Assembly: GCF_009914755.1 (NCBI RefSeq) | Contig: NC_060947.1 | Source: the human T2T-CHM13v2.0 reference genome, Homo sapiens | DNA: 64,000 bases | Strand: one strand, 5' to 3' | Shown: positions 38,257 to 53,074 of the stretch, piece after piece | How the letters are laid out: every line of letters starts with the position of its first letter | How positions within the stretch are numbered: the stretch's first letter is position 1 | The notes under the pieces: model-generated | Databases searched by the model: none | What the model saw: only the letters and a program-made list of their open reading frames with translations | What the model was told of the DNA's origin: nothing | Program-made: the position numbers and the translations under genes

Positions 38257-41189
38257 TTTTGTAATCAACTGAAAGAAGGCAGAAGGAGTCGATGGGCCTC
38301 TTAGGCCGGAAACCTTACAAGCATAGGACCAAGGCAGAAAAGGTCCAGAGGGTTCATGGTCCTCCGTTCCACCTGAATCCAGCTAGAGAGCGAGCCAGGG
38401 GGATAGGTGTGCCCCTCGTCGCCCGTGCGCTGAGGCACTGTCACGCAAAGAGACATTCACCTTCCACGTCAACGCACCTTTAAGGGCGAGAGCGGTCCGC
38501 CGTGCCCAAGAGGAACGGGATGACATTCAACTGGGACTTGCCTCACCTTGGCTTGGGGGACCTCGAGAGCGGTCCCGTGGGGGCGGTGTTACTCGTGGTG
38601 GTAGAAGTGGAGGGCGTGTCCGGGTACTTGAGTTCATGGGCATCTCTCCCGCCGCCTCTCAGCCTATCTGCACCATGTCTCACACGTTCAGTTGCAGCTC
38701 TTACCGTTTTGAAGGCGCACGTGGGCAAGAAGTCCTGGGCAGCACAAGAAAGTCAATCACGTTGAGACAGAGAGAGCAGGAGAGGAAGTGGGCCCCAGTA
38801 GAAGTGGGCGAGAGAGCGTTGGGTGGGAACGTGGCACGAGAGAGAGAAATTATGAGATTGACAGAGAGAGAGAGAGAGAGAGAGAAAGAGAAAGAGAGAG
38901 AGAAAGAGAAAGAGACAGAGAAAAGAAACTATGTTGTTTAAAATGCCAGCGGAAAGTCCATGGGGGTGAAAGAGTCCGGCAATGGCCAGGGAGTTAGCAG
39001 CTTGGCGTAGTGTCTTCCCACTGTTTTGTCTGTCTTGAGAATAGCATTCAACGCGACTGTGTTCCCGCAGCAGACGTTAGGCCGCTGCCCACGCCTTGAG
39101 TGCCGGACGAGGTCAACATAGGCTTTCCGTCACAGAATATGTTTGGGCAGGAAGATCGGAACACTTGGGGCTGGGCCATCTACCGCTCCCCCACGGCACA
39201 CACGAGTCGTCAGGGAAATGCCCGCCTCTGTGTGTGTTGTACGTGCAGCCTTCTGGGCAGAGCCGTGGAGAGTTGGACGTAGGCCAGGTGTGAGGAGGAG
39301 AGGTGTGTTTGGGGTGGCCACTGGCTCCCTTCCTGCGTGACGTAGGCTGGCGTGGGCTCTTCCCCCAGCCCCTTGCCGGTGCTGCCACGTGAGAAGGGCC
39401 CGGGTGCCGGTCCCGCTATTCCGGAATTGTGGGTTCACCTGAAGTTTGAGGCCAAACCCCCAGCGGTCAGTGGGACGCCAGTCGCCTTTGACCTCTTGGT
39501 CAAGCTGGCCTTGCCGTGACCCGTGAGAATGCCCAAGTGCCAATGTGTCCCGGGGGGCAGGGCCGGGGCTGGGATCCTAGTGTGTGCCCAGTCTCCTTCT
39601 CGTCCCTGCGGGTTCCACCATCCTCCCATCCTAACGCATCGTTAGGGATGCGGTTAGGTCGGGTCCATCCCCAGGGCGGTCCAAGGGGACCGCTTTCTGG
39701 TTTGTCAGGAAGGCAGGCTAGTAAGAAGGGTCCCGCCGAGTCCCATCTGCCAAGGACAGGGTCCCGCAGGTGGGCCAGGGCTGGCCCAAAGCGGCCGAGA
39801 TGCTGATCCGCCATGTGCGGGGCGCTGTTGGCGTTTTTTCCTCAGCAAAGGGCGGAGGGAGTGGACGTGGGGGAAGGGCAGGTGGGCATTTCTGGAGCAA
39901 TACTGCCATCAAGAGGAACTGGCTTGGCAATCCCGCGCACCCTTCGCTGTGCTCGCCTGGGGAGGAGTGGCTTGGGACTGTCCTGGGGGACCAGGCAGGA
40001 CTAGGGCAGGTGCTCGGACGGATCCGAGGTCTCTGGAGGTCCGAGAGAAGCAGGCTCCGCCGCGGGGTCGGGCGGTGGAAGCCCCAGAGAGAGGCGCCAG
40101 GACTAGCTGGACAGCCAGGACGCCGGGCCGTTCCCGGACAGGAAGCCACGGCTCGGGAGCCTGGTGGCGGCCATGATCTGGGCGGGACCAGCGGAGGCCT
40201 CCGCCAGGGAGCCTGGGCTCGGGGCCTTGGGCAGTTTGCCTGGTGCCCCTTCCCGTGGGAGCAACCGGGGTGACGGCCTAGCTGGGTCCTCGGCCCGGGA
40301 GGCTCCGTCGGCCACACTGCACGCCTGCGGTGTGAGGAGGGCCGACTGCCAGTGCTGAGTTCCGTGGCCATTGGCGCGGGTGCCCGCCGCTGCTGGCCGG
40401 CGCCGGGGCGTTCCTCCTTGCGTCCTAGGGAGGAAGGTGGGCCGCGGGGCATCCCGCGGGGCCCGTACCCAGACGGTTCTTGACGAGGTGGACGCAAGGC
40501 CAGGCCCGGCCCGGCCCGGCCCGGCCCGGCCACCTTCAGACGCCGCGCACCCGCCTTGTTGAGACTTGCCACCCTGTCTTGTTGTGTCCATGTCCCCGAG
40601 GTTGTCTTGGAGGCGGGCCGTTCCCCGTGGTGCTCATTTCTGCCTGGGGGCCTTCCGGGGACCCCGCTTGTCTTTGGGGGTGCGCAGGCCCTTGCCCTGC
40701 GATCAGAGGCGCACCGACCGATGAGTTCGGTGGCAAAGCTTGAGAAATGGAGACTCTCTGGGCATCGGCTAAGGGGGCCCGGGGCCTTCCCAGGCCTGCT
40801 GGAGTCCGGGAAGCCGGGGGCACCCAGAAGGAAGGACCCGTCGGACTCTGCCTGGGGACAGCCTGCTCCGCGCCAGAAGGGTCCGCTGCTCAGGCAGCAT
40901 CCCCGTGCCTCTCCTCCAGTGGGTCCCTCAGGTAGAATCGGGGCAGGCCCCACTGGACGTGCAGGGAGGAGGCTCGGAGGATGCATCCTTTGCAGGACCC
41001 GGTCTGGTACAGCAGCAGACGGAGCCATCTCCCGGGGCTTTCTGGCTTCTCCGAGGGTGTTCAGGAGTCTCCCAAGTGCGCAGGGGCTCGTGCCCAAAGG
41101 GTGGAGGTCGGCACCGCTTCGCTCAATTCAGGAGTGGAGAAGGAAGCTAGAGGACCCTCTGGAGGTGGCAGGTTTAATGTCCTGCTTTT

Positions 41190-41224
<35 letters not shown>

Positions 41225-44157
41225 TTTTGTAATCAACTGAAAGAAGGCAGAAGGAGTCGATGGGCCTCTTAGGCCGGAAACCTTACAAGCATAGGACCAA
41301 GGCAGAAAAGGTCCAGAGGGTTCATGGTCCTCCGTTCCACCTGAATCCAGCTAGAGAGCGAGCCAGGGGGATAGGTGTGCCCCTCGTCGCCCGTGCGCTG
41401 AGGCACTGTCACGCAAAGAGACATTCACCTTCCACGTCAACGCACCTTTAAGGGCGAGAGCGGTCCGCCGTGCCCAAGAGGAACGGGATGACATTCAACT
41501 GGGACTTGCCTCACCTTGGCTTGGGGGACCTCGAGAGCGGTCCCGTGGGGGCGGTGTTACTCGTGGTGGTAGAAGTGGAGGGCGTGTCCGGGTACTTGAG
41601 TTCATGGGCATCTCTCCCGCCGCCTCTCAGCCTATCTGCACCATGTCTCACACGTTCAGTTGCAGCTCTTACCGTTTTGAAGGCGCACGTGGGCAAGAAG
41701 TCCTGGGCAGCACAAGAAAGTCAATCACGTTGAGACAGAGAGAGCAGGAGAGGAAGTGGGCCCCAGTAGAAGTGGGCGAGAGAGCGTTGGGTGGGAACGT
41801 GGCACGAGAGAGAGAAATTATGAGATTGACAGAGAGAGAGAGAGAGAGAGAGAAAGAGAAAGAGAGAGAGAAAGAGAAAGAGACAGAGAAAAGAAACTAT
41901 GTTGTTTAAAATGCCAGCGGAAAGTCCATGGGGGTGAAAGAGTCCGGCAATGGCCAGGGAGTTAGCAGCTTGGCGTAGTGTCTTCCCACTGTTTTGTCTG
42001 TCTTGAGAATAGCATTCAACGCGACTGTGTTCCCGCAGCAGACGTTAGGCCGCTGCCCACGCCTTGAGTGCCGGACGAGGTCAACATAGGCTTTCCGTCA
42101 CAGAATATGTTTGGGCAGGAAGATCGGAACACTTGGGGCTGGGCCATCTACCGCTCCCCCACGGCACACACGAGTCGTCAGGGAAATGCCCGCCTCTGTG
42201 TGTGTTGTACGTGCAGCCTTCTGGGCAGAGCCGTGGAGAGTTGGACGTAGGCCAGGTGTGAGGAGGAGAGGTGTGTTTGGGGTGGCCACTGGCTCCCTTC
42301 CTGCGTGACGTAGGCTGGCGTGGGCTCTTCCCCCAGCCCCTTGCCGGTGCTGCCACGTGAGAAGGGCCCGGGTGCCGGTCCCGCTATTCCGGAATTGTGG
42401 GTTCACCTGAAGTTTGAGGCCAAACCCCCAGCGGTCAGTGGGACGCCAGTCGCCTTTGACCTCTTGGTCAAGCTGGCCTTGCCGTGACCCGTGAGAATGC
42501 CCAAGTGCCAATGTGTCCCGGGGGGCAGGGCCGGGGCTGGGATCCTAGTGTGTGCCCAGTCTCCTTCTCGTCCCTGCGGGTTCCACCATCCTCCCATCCT
42601 AACGCATCGTTAGGGATGCGGTTAGGTCGGGTCCATCCCCAGGGCGGTCCAAGGGGACCGCTTTCTGGTTTGTCAGGAAGGCAGGCTAGTAAGAAGGGTC
42701 CCGCCGAGTCCCATCTGCCAAGGACAGGGTCCCGCAGGTGGGCCAGGGCTGGCCCAAAGCGGCCGAGATGCTGATCCGCCATGTGCGGGGCGCTGTTGGC
42801 GTTTTTTCCTCAGCAAAGGGCGGAGGGAGTGGACGTGGGGGAAGGGCAGGTGGGCATTTCTGGAGCAATACTGCCATCAAGAGGAACTGGCTTGGCAATC
42901 CCGCGCACCCTTCGCTGTGCTCACCTGGGGAGGAGTGGCTTGGGACTGTCCTGGGGGACCAGGCAGGACTAGGGCAGGTGCTCGGACGGATCCGAGGTCT
43001 CTGGAGGTCCGAGAGAAGCAGGCTCCGCCGCGGGGTCGGGCGGTGGAAGCCCCAGAGAGAGGCGCCAGGACTAGCTGGACAGCCAGGACGCCGGGCCGTT
43101 CCCGGACAGGAAGCCACGGCTCGGGAGCCTGGTGGCGGCCATGATCTGGGCGGGACCAGCGGAGGCCTCCGCCAGGGAGCCTGGGCTCGGGGCCTTGGGC
43201 AGTTTGCCTGGTGCCCCTTCCCGTGGGAGCAACCGGGGTGACGGCCTAGCTGGGTCCTCGGCCCGGGAGGCTCCGTCGGCCACACTGCACGCCTGCGGTG
43301 TGAGGAGGGCCGACTGCCAGTGCTGAGTTCCGTGGCCATTGGCGCGGGTGCCCGCCGCTGCTGGCCGGCGCCGGGGCGTTCCTCCTTGCGTCCTAGGGAG
43401 GAAGGTGGGCCGCGGGGCATCCCGCGGGGCCCGTACCCAGACGGTTCTTGACGAGGTGGACGCAAGGCCAGGCCCGGCCCGGCCCGGCCCGGCCCGGCCA
43501 CCTTCAGACGCCGCGCACCCGCCTTGTTGAGACTTGCCACCCTGTCTTGTTGTGTCCATGTCCCCGAGGTTGTCTTGGAGGCGGGCCGTTCCCCGTGGTG
43601 CTCATTTCTGCCTGGGGGCCTTCCGGGGACCCCGCTTGTCTTTGGGGGTGCGCAGGCCCTTGCCCTGCGATCAGAGGCGCACCGACCGATGAGTTCGGTG
43701 GCAAAGCTTGAGAAATGGAGACTCTCTGGGCATCGGCTAAGGGGGCCCGGGGCCTTCCCAGGCCTGCTGGAGTCCGGGAAGCCGGGGGCACCCAGAAGGA
43801 AGGACCCGTCGGACTCTGCCTGGGGACAGCCTGCTCCGCGCCAGAAGGGTCCGCTGCTCAGGCAGCATCCCCGTGCCTCTCCTCCAGTGGGTCCCTCAGG
43901 TAGAATCGGGGCAGGCCCCACTGGACGTGCAGGGAGGAGGCTCGGAGGATGCATCCTTTGCAGGACCCGGTCTGGTACAGCAGCAGACGGAGCCATCTCC
44001 CGGGGCTTTCTGGCTTCTCCGAGGGTGTTCAGGAGTCTCCCAAGTGCGCAGGGGCTCGTGCCCAAAGGGTGGAGGTCGGCACCGCTTCGCTCAATTCAGG
44101 AGTGGAGAAGGAAGCTAGAGGACCCTCTGGAGGTGGCAGGTTTAATGTCCTGCTTTT

Positions 44158-44192
<35 letters not shown>

Positions 44193-44795
44193 TTTTGTAA
44201 TCAACTGAAAGAAGGCAGAAGGAGTCGATGGGCCTCTTAGGCCGGAAACCTTACAAGCATAGGACCAAGGCAGAAAAGGTCCAGAGGGTTCATGGTCCTC
44301 CGTTCCACCTGAATCCAGCTAGAGAGCGAGCCAGGGGGATAGGTGTGCCCCTCGTCGCCCGTGCGCTGAGGCACTGTCACGCAAAGAGACATTCACCTTC
44401 CACGTCAACGCACCTTTAAGGGCGAGAGCGGTCCGCCGTGCCCAAGAGGAACGGGATGACATTCAACTGGGACTTGCCTCACCTTGGCTTGGGGGACCTC
44501 GAGAGCGGTCCCGTGGGGGCGGTGTTACTCGTGGTGGTAGAAGTGGAGGGCGTGTCCGGGTACTTGAGTTCATGGGCATCTCTCCCGCCGCCTCTCAGCC
44601 TATCTGCACCATGTCTCACACGTTCAGTTGCAGCTCTTACCGTTTTGAAGGCGCACGTGGGCAAGAAGTCCTGGGCAGCACAAGAAAGTCAATCACGTTG
44701 AGACAGAGAGAGCAGGAGAGGAAGTGGGCCCCAGTAGAAGTGGGCGAGAGAGCGTTGGGTGGGAACGTGGCACGAGAGAGAGAAATTATGAGATT

Positions 44796-44828
<33 letters not shown>

Positions 44829-47110
44829 AGAGAGAGAGAAAGAGAAAGAGACAGAGAAAAGAAACTATGTTGTTTAAAATGCCAGCGGAAAGTCCATGGG
44901 GGTGAAAGAGTCCGGCAATGGCCAGGGAGTTAGCAGCTTGGCGTAGTGTCTTCCCACTGTTTTGTCTGTCTTGAGAATAGCATTCAACGCGACTGTGTTC
45001 CCGCAGCAGACGTTAGGCCGCTGCCCACGCCTTGAGTGCCGGACGAGGTCAACATAGGCTTTCCGTCACAGAATATGTTTGGGCAGGAAGATCGGAACAC
45101 TTGGGGCTGGGCCATCTACCGCTCCCCCACGGCACACACGAGTCGTCAGGGAAATGCCCGCCTCTGTGTGTGTTGTACGTGCAGCCTTCTGGGCAGAGCC
45201 GTGGAGAGTTGGACGTAGGCCAGGTGTGAGGAGGAGAGGTGTGTTTGGGGTGGCCACTGGCTCCCTTCCTGCGTGACGTAGGCTGGCGTGGGCTCTTCCC
45301 CCAGCCCCTTGCCGGTGCTGCCACGTGAGAAGGGCCCGGGTGCCGGTCCCGCTATTCCGGAATTGTGGGTTCACCTGAAGTTTGAGGCCAAACCCCCAGC
45401 GGTCAGTGGGACGCCAGTCGCCTTTGACCTCTTGGTCAAGCTGGCCTTGCCGTGACCCGTGAGAATGCCCAAGTGCCAATGTGTCCCGGGGGGCAGGGCC
45501 GGGGCTGGGATCCTAGTGTGTGCCCAGTCTCCTTCTCGTCCCTGCGGGTTCCACCATCCTCCCATCCTAACGCATCGTTAGGGATGCGGTTAGGTCGGGT
45601 CCATCCCCAGGGCGGTCCAAGGGGACCGCTTTCTGGTTTGTCAGGAAGGCAGGCTAGTAAGAAGGGTCCCGCCGAGTCCCATCTGCCAAGGACAGGGTCC
45701 CGCAGGTGGGCCAGGGCTGGCCCAAAGCGGCCGAGATGCTGATCCGCCATGTGCGGGGCGCTGTTGGCGTTTTTTCCTCAGCAAAGGGCGGAGGGAGTGG
45801 ACGTGGGGGAAGGGCAGGTGGGCATTTCTGGAGCAATACTGCCATCAAGAGGAACTGGCTTGGCAATCCCGCGCACCCTTCGCTGTGCTCGCCTGGGGAG
45901 GAGTGGCTTGGGACTGTCCTGGGGGACCAGGCAGGACTAGGGCAGGTGCTCGGACGGATCCGAGGTCTCTGGAGGTCCGAGAGAAGCAGGCTCCGCCGCG
46001 GGGTCGGGTGGTGGAAGCCCCAGAGAGAGGCGCCAGGACTAGCTGGACAGCCAGGACGCCGGGCCGTTCCCGGACAGGAAGCCACGGCTCGGGAGCCTGG
46101 TGGCGGCCATGATCTGGGCGGGACCAGCGGAGGCCTCCGCCAGGGAGCCTGGGCTCGGGGCCTTGGGCAGTTTGCCTGGTGCCCCTTCCCGTGGGAGCAA
46201 CCGGGGTGACGGCCTAGCTGGGTCCTCGGCCCGGGAGGCTCCGTCGGCCACACTGCACGCCTGCGGTGTGAGGAGGGCCGACTGCCAGTGCTGAGTTCCG
46301 TGGCCATTGGCGCGGGTGCCCGCCGCTGCTGGCCGGCGCCGGGGCGTTCCTCCTTGCGTCCTAGGGAGGAAGGTGGGCCGCGGGGCATCCCGCGGGGCCC
46401 GTACCCAGACGGTTCTTGACGAGGTGGACGCAAGGCCAGGCCCGGCCCGGTCACCCTCAGACGCCGCGCACCCGCCTTGTTGAGACTTGCCACCCTGTCT
46501 TGTTGTGTCCATGTCCCCGAGGTTGTCTTGGAGGCGGGCCGTTCCCCGTGGTGCTCATTTCTGCCTGGGGGCCTTCCGGGGACCCCGCTTGTCTTTGGGG
46601 GTGCGCAGGCCCTTGCCCTGCGATCAGAGGCGCACCGACCGATGAGTTCGGTGGCAAAGCTTGAGAAATGGAGACTCTCTGGGCATCGGCTAAGGGGGCC
46701 CGGGGCCTTCCCAGGCCTGCTGGAGTCCGGGAAGCCGGGGGCACCCAGAAGGAAGGACCCGTCGGACTCTGCCTGGGGACAGCCTGCTCCGCGCCAGAAG
46801 GGTCCGCTGCTCAGGCAGCATCCCCGTGCCTCTCCTCCAGTGGGTCCCTCAGGTAGAATCGGGGCAGGCCCCACTGGACGTGCAGGGAGGAGGCTCGGAG
46901 GATGCATCCTTTGCAGGACCCGGTCTGGTACAGCAGCAGACGGAGCCATCTCCCGGGGCTTTCTGGCTTCTCCGAGGGTGTTCAGGAGTCTCCCAAGTGC
47001 GCAGGGGCTCGTGCCCAAAGGGTGGAGGTCGGCACCGCTTCGCTCAATTCAGGAGTGGAGAAGGAAGCTAGAGGACCCTCTGGAGGTGGCAGGTTTAATG
47101 TCCTGCTTTT

Positions 47111-47153
<43 letters not shown>

Positions 47154-50086
47154 TTTTGTAATCAACTGAAAGAAGGCAGAAGGAGTCGATGGGCCTCTTA
47201 GGCCGGAAACCTTACAAGCATAGGACCAAGGCAGAAAAGGTCCAGAGGGTTCATGGTCCTCCGTTCCACCTGAATCCAGCTAGAGAGCGAGCCAGGGGGA
47301 TAGGTGTGCCCCTCGTCGCCCGTGCGCTGAGGCACTGTCACGCAAAGAGACATTCACCTTCCACGTCAACGCACCTTTAAGGGCGAGAGCGGTCCGCCGT
47401 GCCCAAGAGGAACGGGATGACATTCAACTGGGACTTGCCTCACCTTGGCTTGGGGGACCTCGAGAGCGGTCCCGTGGGGGCGGTGTTACTCGTGGTGGTA
47501 GAAGTGGAGGGCGTGTCCGGGTACTTGAGTTCATGGGCATCTCTCCCGCCGCCTCTCAGCCTATCTGCACCATGTCTCACACGTTCAGTTGCAGCTCTTA
47601 CCGTTTTGAAGGCGCACGTGGGCAAGAAGTCCTGGGCAGCACAAGAAAGTCAATCACGTTGAGACAGAGAGAGCAGGAGAGGAAGTGGGCCCCAGTAGAA
47701 GTGGGCGAGAGAGCGTTGGGTGGGAACGTGGCACGAGAGAGAGAAATTATGAGATTGACAGAGAGAGAGAGAGAGAGAGAGAAAGAGAAAGAGAGAGAGA
47801 AAGAGAAAGAGACAGAGAAAAGAAACTATGTTGTTTAAAATGCCAGCGGAAAGTCCATGGGGGTGAAAGAGTCCGGCAATGGCCAGGGAGTTAGCAGCTT
47901 GGCGTAGTGTCTTCCCACTGTTTTGTCTGTCTTGAGAATAGCATTCAACGCGACTGTGTTCCCGCAGCAGACGTTAGGCCGCTGCCCACGCCTTGAGTGC
48001 CGGACGAGGTCAACATAGGCTTTCCGTCACAGAATATGTTTGGGCAGGAAGATCGGAACACTTGGGGCTGGGCCATCTACCGCTCCCCCACGGCACACAC
48101 GAGTCGTCAGGGAAATGCCCGCCTCTGTGTGTGTTGTACGTGCAGCCTTCTGGGCAGAGCCGTGGAGAGTTGGACGTAGGCCAGGTGTGAGGAGGAGAGG
48201 TGTGTTTGGGGTGGCCACTGGCTCCCTTCCTGCGTGACGTAGGCTGGCGTGGGCTCTTCCCCCAGCCCCTTGCCGGTGCTGCCACGTGAGAAGGGCCCGG
48301 GTGCCGGTCCCGCTATTCCGGAATTGTGGGTTCACCTGAAGTTTGAGGCCAAACCCCCAGCGGTCAGTGGGACGCCAGTCGCCTTTGACCTCTTGGTCAA
48401 GCTGGCCTTGCCGTGACCCGTGAGAATGCCCAAGTGCCAATGTGTCCCGGGGGGCAGGGCCGGGGCTGGGATCCTAGTGTGTGCCCAGTCTCCTTCTCGT
48501 CCCTGCGGGTTCCACCATCCTCCCATCCTAACGCATCGTTAGGGATGCGGTTAGGTCGGGTCCATCCCCAGGGCGGTCCAAGGGGACCGCTTTCTGGTTT
48601 GTCAGGAAGGCAGGCTAGTAAGAAGGGTCCCGCCGAGTCCCATCTGCCAAGGACAGGGTCCCGCAGGTGGGCCAGGGCTGGCCCAAAGCGGCCGAGATGC
48701 TGATCCGCCATGTGCGGGGCGCTGTTGGCGTTTTTTCCTCAGCAAAGGGCGGAGGGAGTGGACGTGGGGGAAGGGCAGGTGGGCATTTCTGGAGCAATAC
48801 TGCCATCAAGAGGAACTGGCTTGGCAATCCCGCGCACCCTTCGCTGTGCTCACCTGGGGAGGAGTGGCTTGGGACTGTCCTGGGGGACCAGGCAGGACTA
48901 GGGCAGGTGCTCGGACGGATCCGAGGTCTCTGGAGGTCCGAGAGAAGCAGGCTCCGCCGCGGGGTCGGGCGGTGGAAGCCCCAGAGAGAGGCGCCAGGAC
49001 TAGCTGGACAGCCAGGACGCCGGGCCGTTCCCGGACAGGAAGCCACGGCTCGGGAGCCTGGTGGCGGCCATGATCTGGGCGGGACCAGCGGAGGCCTCCG
49101 CCAGGGAGCCTGGGCTCGGGGCCTTGGGCAGTTTGCCTGGTGCCCCTTCCCGTGGGAGCAACCGGGGTGACGGCCTAGCTGGGTCCTCGGCCCGGGAGGC
49201 TCCGTCGGCCACACTGCACGCCTGCGGTGTGAGGAGGGCCGACTGCCAGTGCTGAGTTCCGTGGCCATTGGCGCGGGTGCCCGCCGCTGCTGGCCGGCGC
49301 CGGGGCGTTCCTCCTTGCGTCCTAGGGAGGAAGGTGGGCCGCGGGGCATCCCGCGGGGCCCGTACCCAGACGGTTCTTGACGAGGTGGACGCAAGGCCAG
49401 GCCCGGCCCGGCCCGGCCCGGCCCGGCCACCTTCAGACGCCGCGCACCCGCCTTGTTGAGACTTGCCACCCTGTCTTGTTGTGTCCATGTCCCCGAGGTT
49501 GTCTTGGAGGCGGGCCGTTCCCCGTGGTGCTCATTTCTGCCTGGGGGCCTTCCGGGGACCCCGCTTGTCTTTGGGGGTGCGCAGGCCCTTGCCCTGCGAT
49601 CAGAGGCGCACCGACCGATGAGTTCGGTGGCAAAGCTTGAGAAATGGAGACTCTCTGGGCATCGGCTAAGGGGGCCCGGGGCCTTCCCAGGCCTGCTGGA
49701 GTCCGGGAAGCCGGGGGCACCCAGAAGGAAGGACCCGTCGGACTCTGCCTGGGGACAGCCTGCTCCGCGCCAGAAGGGTCCGCTGCTCAGGCAGCATCCC
49801 CGTGCCTCTCCTCCAGTGGGTCCCTCAGGTAGAATCGGGGCAGGCCCCACTGGACGTGCAGGGAGGAGGCTCGGAGGATGCATCCTTTGCAGGACCCGGT
49901 CTGGTACAGCAGCAGACGGAGCCATCTCCCGGGGCTTTCTGGCTTCTCCGAGGGTGTTCAGGAGTCTCCCAAGTGCGCAGGGGCTCGTGCCCAAAGGGTG
50001 GAGGTCGGCACCGCTTCGCTCAATTCAGGAGTGGAGAAGGAAGCTAGAGGACCCTCTGGAGGTGGCAGGTTTAATGTCCTGCTTTT

Positions 50087-50125
<39 letters not shown>

Positions 50126-50728
50126 TTTTGTAATCAACTGAAAGAAGGCAGAAGGAGTCGATGGGCCTCTTAGGCCGGAAACCTTACAAGCATAGGACCA
50201 AGGCAGAAAAGGTCCAGAGGGTTCATGGTCCTCCGTTCCACCTGAATCCAGCTAGAGAGCGAGCCAGGGGGATAGGTGTGCCCCTCGTCGCCCGTGCGCT
50301 GAGGCACTGTCACGCAAAGAGACATTCACCTTCCACGTCAACGCACCTTTAAGGGCGAGAGCGGTCCGCCGTGCCCAAGAGGAACGGGATGACATTCAAC
50401 TGGGACTTGCCTCACCTTGGCTTGGGGGACCTCGAGAGCGGTCCCGTGGGGGCGGTGTTACTCGTGGTGGTAGAAGTGGAGGGCGTGTCCGGGTACTTGA
50501 GTTCATGGGCATCTCTCCCGCCGCCTCTCAGCCTATCTGCACCATGTCTCACACGTTCAGTTGCAGCTCTTACCGTTTTGAAGGCGCACGTGGGCAAGAA
50601 GTCCTGGGCAGCACAAGAAAGTCAATCACGTTGAGACAGAGAGAGCAGGAGAGGAAGTGGGCCCCAGTAGAAGTGGGCGAGAGAGCGTTGGGTGGGAACG
50701 TGGCACGAGAGAGAGAAATTATGAGATT

Positions 50729-50761
<33 letters not shown>

Positions 50762-53043
50762 AGAGAGAGAGAAAGAGAAAGAGACAGAGAAAAGAAACTA
50801 TGTTGTTTAAAATGCCAGCGGAAAGTCCATGGGGGTGAAAGAGTCCGGCAATGGCCAGGGAGTTAGCAGCTTGGCGTAGTGTCTTCCCACTGTTTTGTCT
50901 GTCTTGAGAATAGCATTCAACGCGACTGTGTTCCCGCAGCAGACGTTAGGCCGCTGCCCACGCCTTGAGTGCCGGACGAGGTCAACATAGGCTTTCCGTC
51001 ACAGAATATGTTTGGGCAGGAAGATCGGAACACTTGGGGCTGGGCCATCTACCGCTCCCCCACGGCACACACGAGTCGTCAGGGAAATGCCCGCCTCTGT
51101 GTGTGTTGTACGTGCAGCCTTCTGGGCAGAGCCGTGGAGAGTTGGACGTAGGCCAGGTGTGAGGAGGAGAGGTGTGTTTGGGGTGGCCACTGGCTCCCTT
51201 CCTGCGTGACGTAGGCTGGCGTGGGCTCTTCCCCCAGCCCCTTGCCGGTGCTGCCACGTGAGAAGGGCCCGGGTGCCGGTCCCGCTATTCCGGAATTGTG
51301 GGTTCACCTGAAGTTTGAGGCCAAACCCCCAGCGGTCAGTGGGACGCCAGTCGCCTTTGACCTCTTGGTCAAGCTGGCCTTGCCGTGACCCGTGAGAATG
51401 CCCAAGTGCCAATGTGTCCCGGGGGGCAGGGCCGGGGCTGGGATCCTAGTGTGTGCCCAGTCTCCTTCTCGTCCCTGCGGGTTCCACCATCCTCCCATCC
51501 TAACGCATCGTTAGGGATGCGGTTAGGTCGGGTCCATCCCCAGGGCGGTCCAAGGGGACCGCTTTCTGGTTTGTCAGGAAGGCAGGCTAGTAAGAAGGGT
51601 CCCGCCGAGTCCCATCTGCCAAGGACAGGGTCCCGCAGGTGGGCCAGGGCTGGCCCAAAGCGGCCGAGATGCTGATCCGCCATGTGCGGGGCGCTGTTGG
51701 CGTTTTTTCCTCAGCAAAGGGCGGAGGGAGTGGACGTGGGGGAAGGGCAGGTGGGCATTTCTGGAGCAATACTGCCATCAAGAGGAACTGGCTTGGCAAT
51801 CCCGCGCACCCTTCGCTGTGCTCGCCTGGGGAGGAGTGGCTTGGGACTGTCCTGGGGGACCAGGCAGGACTAGGGCAGGTGCTCGGACGGATCCGAGGTC
51901 TCTGGAGGTCCGAGAGAAGCAGGCTCCGCCGCGGGGTCGGGTGGTGGAAGCCCCAGAGAGAGGCGCCAGGACTAGCTGGACAGCCAGGACGCCGGGCCGT
52001 TCCCGGACAGGAAGCCACGGCTCGGGAGCCTGGTGGCGGCCATGATCTGGGCGGGACCAGCGGAGGCCTCCGCCAGGGAGCCTGGGCTCGGGGCCTTGGG
52101 CAGTTTGCCTGGTGCCCCTTCCCGTGGGAGCAACCGGGGTGACGGCCTAGCTGGGTCCTCGGCCCGGGAGGCTCCGTCGGCCACACTGCACGCCTGCGGT
52201 GTGAGGAGGGCCGACTGCCAGTGCTGAGTTCCGTGGCCATTGGCGCGGGTGCCCGCCGCTGCTGGCCGGCGCCGGGGCGTTCCTCCTTGCGTCCTAGGGA
52301 GGAAGGTGGGCCGCGGGGCATCCCGCGGGGCCCGTACCCAGACGGTTCTTGACGAGGTGGACGCAAGGCCAGGCCCGGCCCGGTCACCCTCAGACGCCGC
52401 GCACCCGCCTTGTTGAGACTTGCCACCCTGTCTTGTTGTGTCCATGTCCCCGAGGTTGTCTTGGAGGCGGGCCGTTCCCCGTGGTGCTCATTTCTGCCTG
52501 GGGGCCTTCCGGGGACCCCGCTTGTCTTTGGGGGTGCGCAGGCCCTTGCCCTGCGATCAGAGGCGCACCGACCGATGAGTTCGGTGGCAAAGCTTGAGAA
52601 ATGGAGACTCTCTGGGCATCGGCTAAGGGGGCCCGGGGCCTTCCCAGGCCTGCTGGAGTCCGGGAAGCCGGGGGCACCCAGAAGGAAGGACCCGTCGGAC
52701 TCTGCCTGGGGACAGCCTGCTCCGCGCCAGAAGGGTCCGCTGCTCAGGCAGCATCCCCGTGCCTCTCCTCCAGTGGGTCCCTCAGGTAGAATCGGGGCAG
52801 GCCCCACTGGACGTGCAGGGAGGAGGCTCGGAGGATGCATCCTTTGCAGGACCCGGTCTGGTACAGCAGCAGACGGAGCCATCTCCCGGGGCTTTCTGGC
52901 TTCTCCGAGGGTGTTCAGGAGTCTCCCAAGTGCGCAGGGGCTCGTGCCCAAAGGGTGGAGGTCGGCACCGCTTCGCTCAATTCAGGAGTGGAGAAGGAAG
53001 CTAGAGGACCCTCTGGAGGTGGCAGGTTTAATGTCCTGCTTTT

Positions 53044-53074
<31 letters not shown>

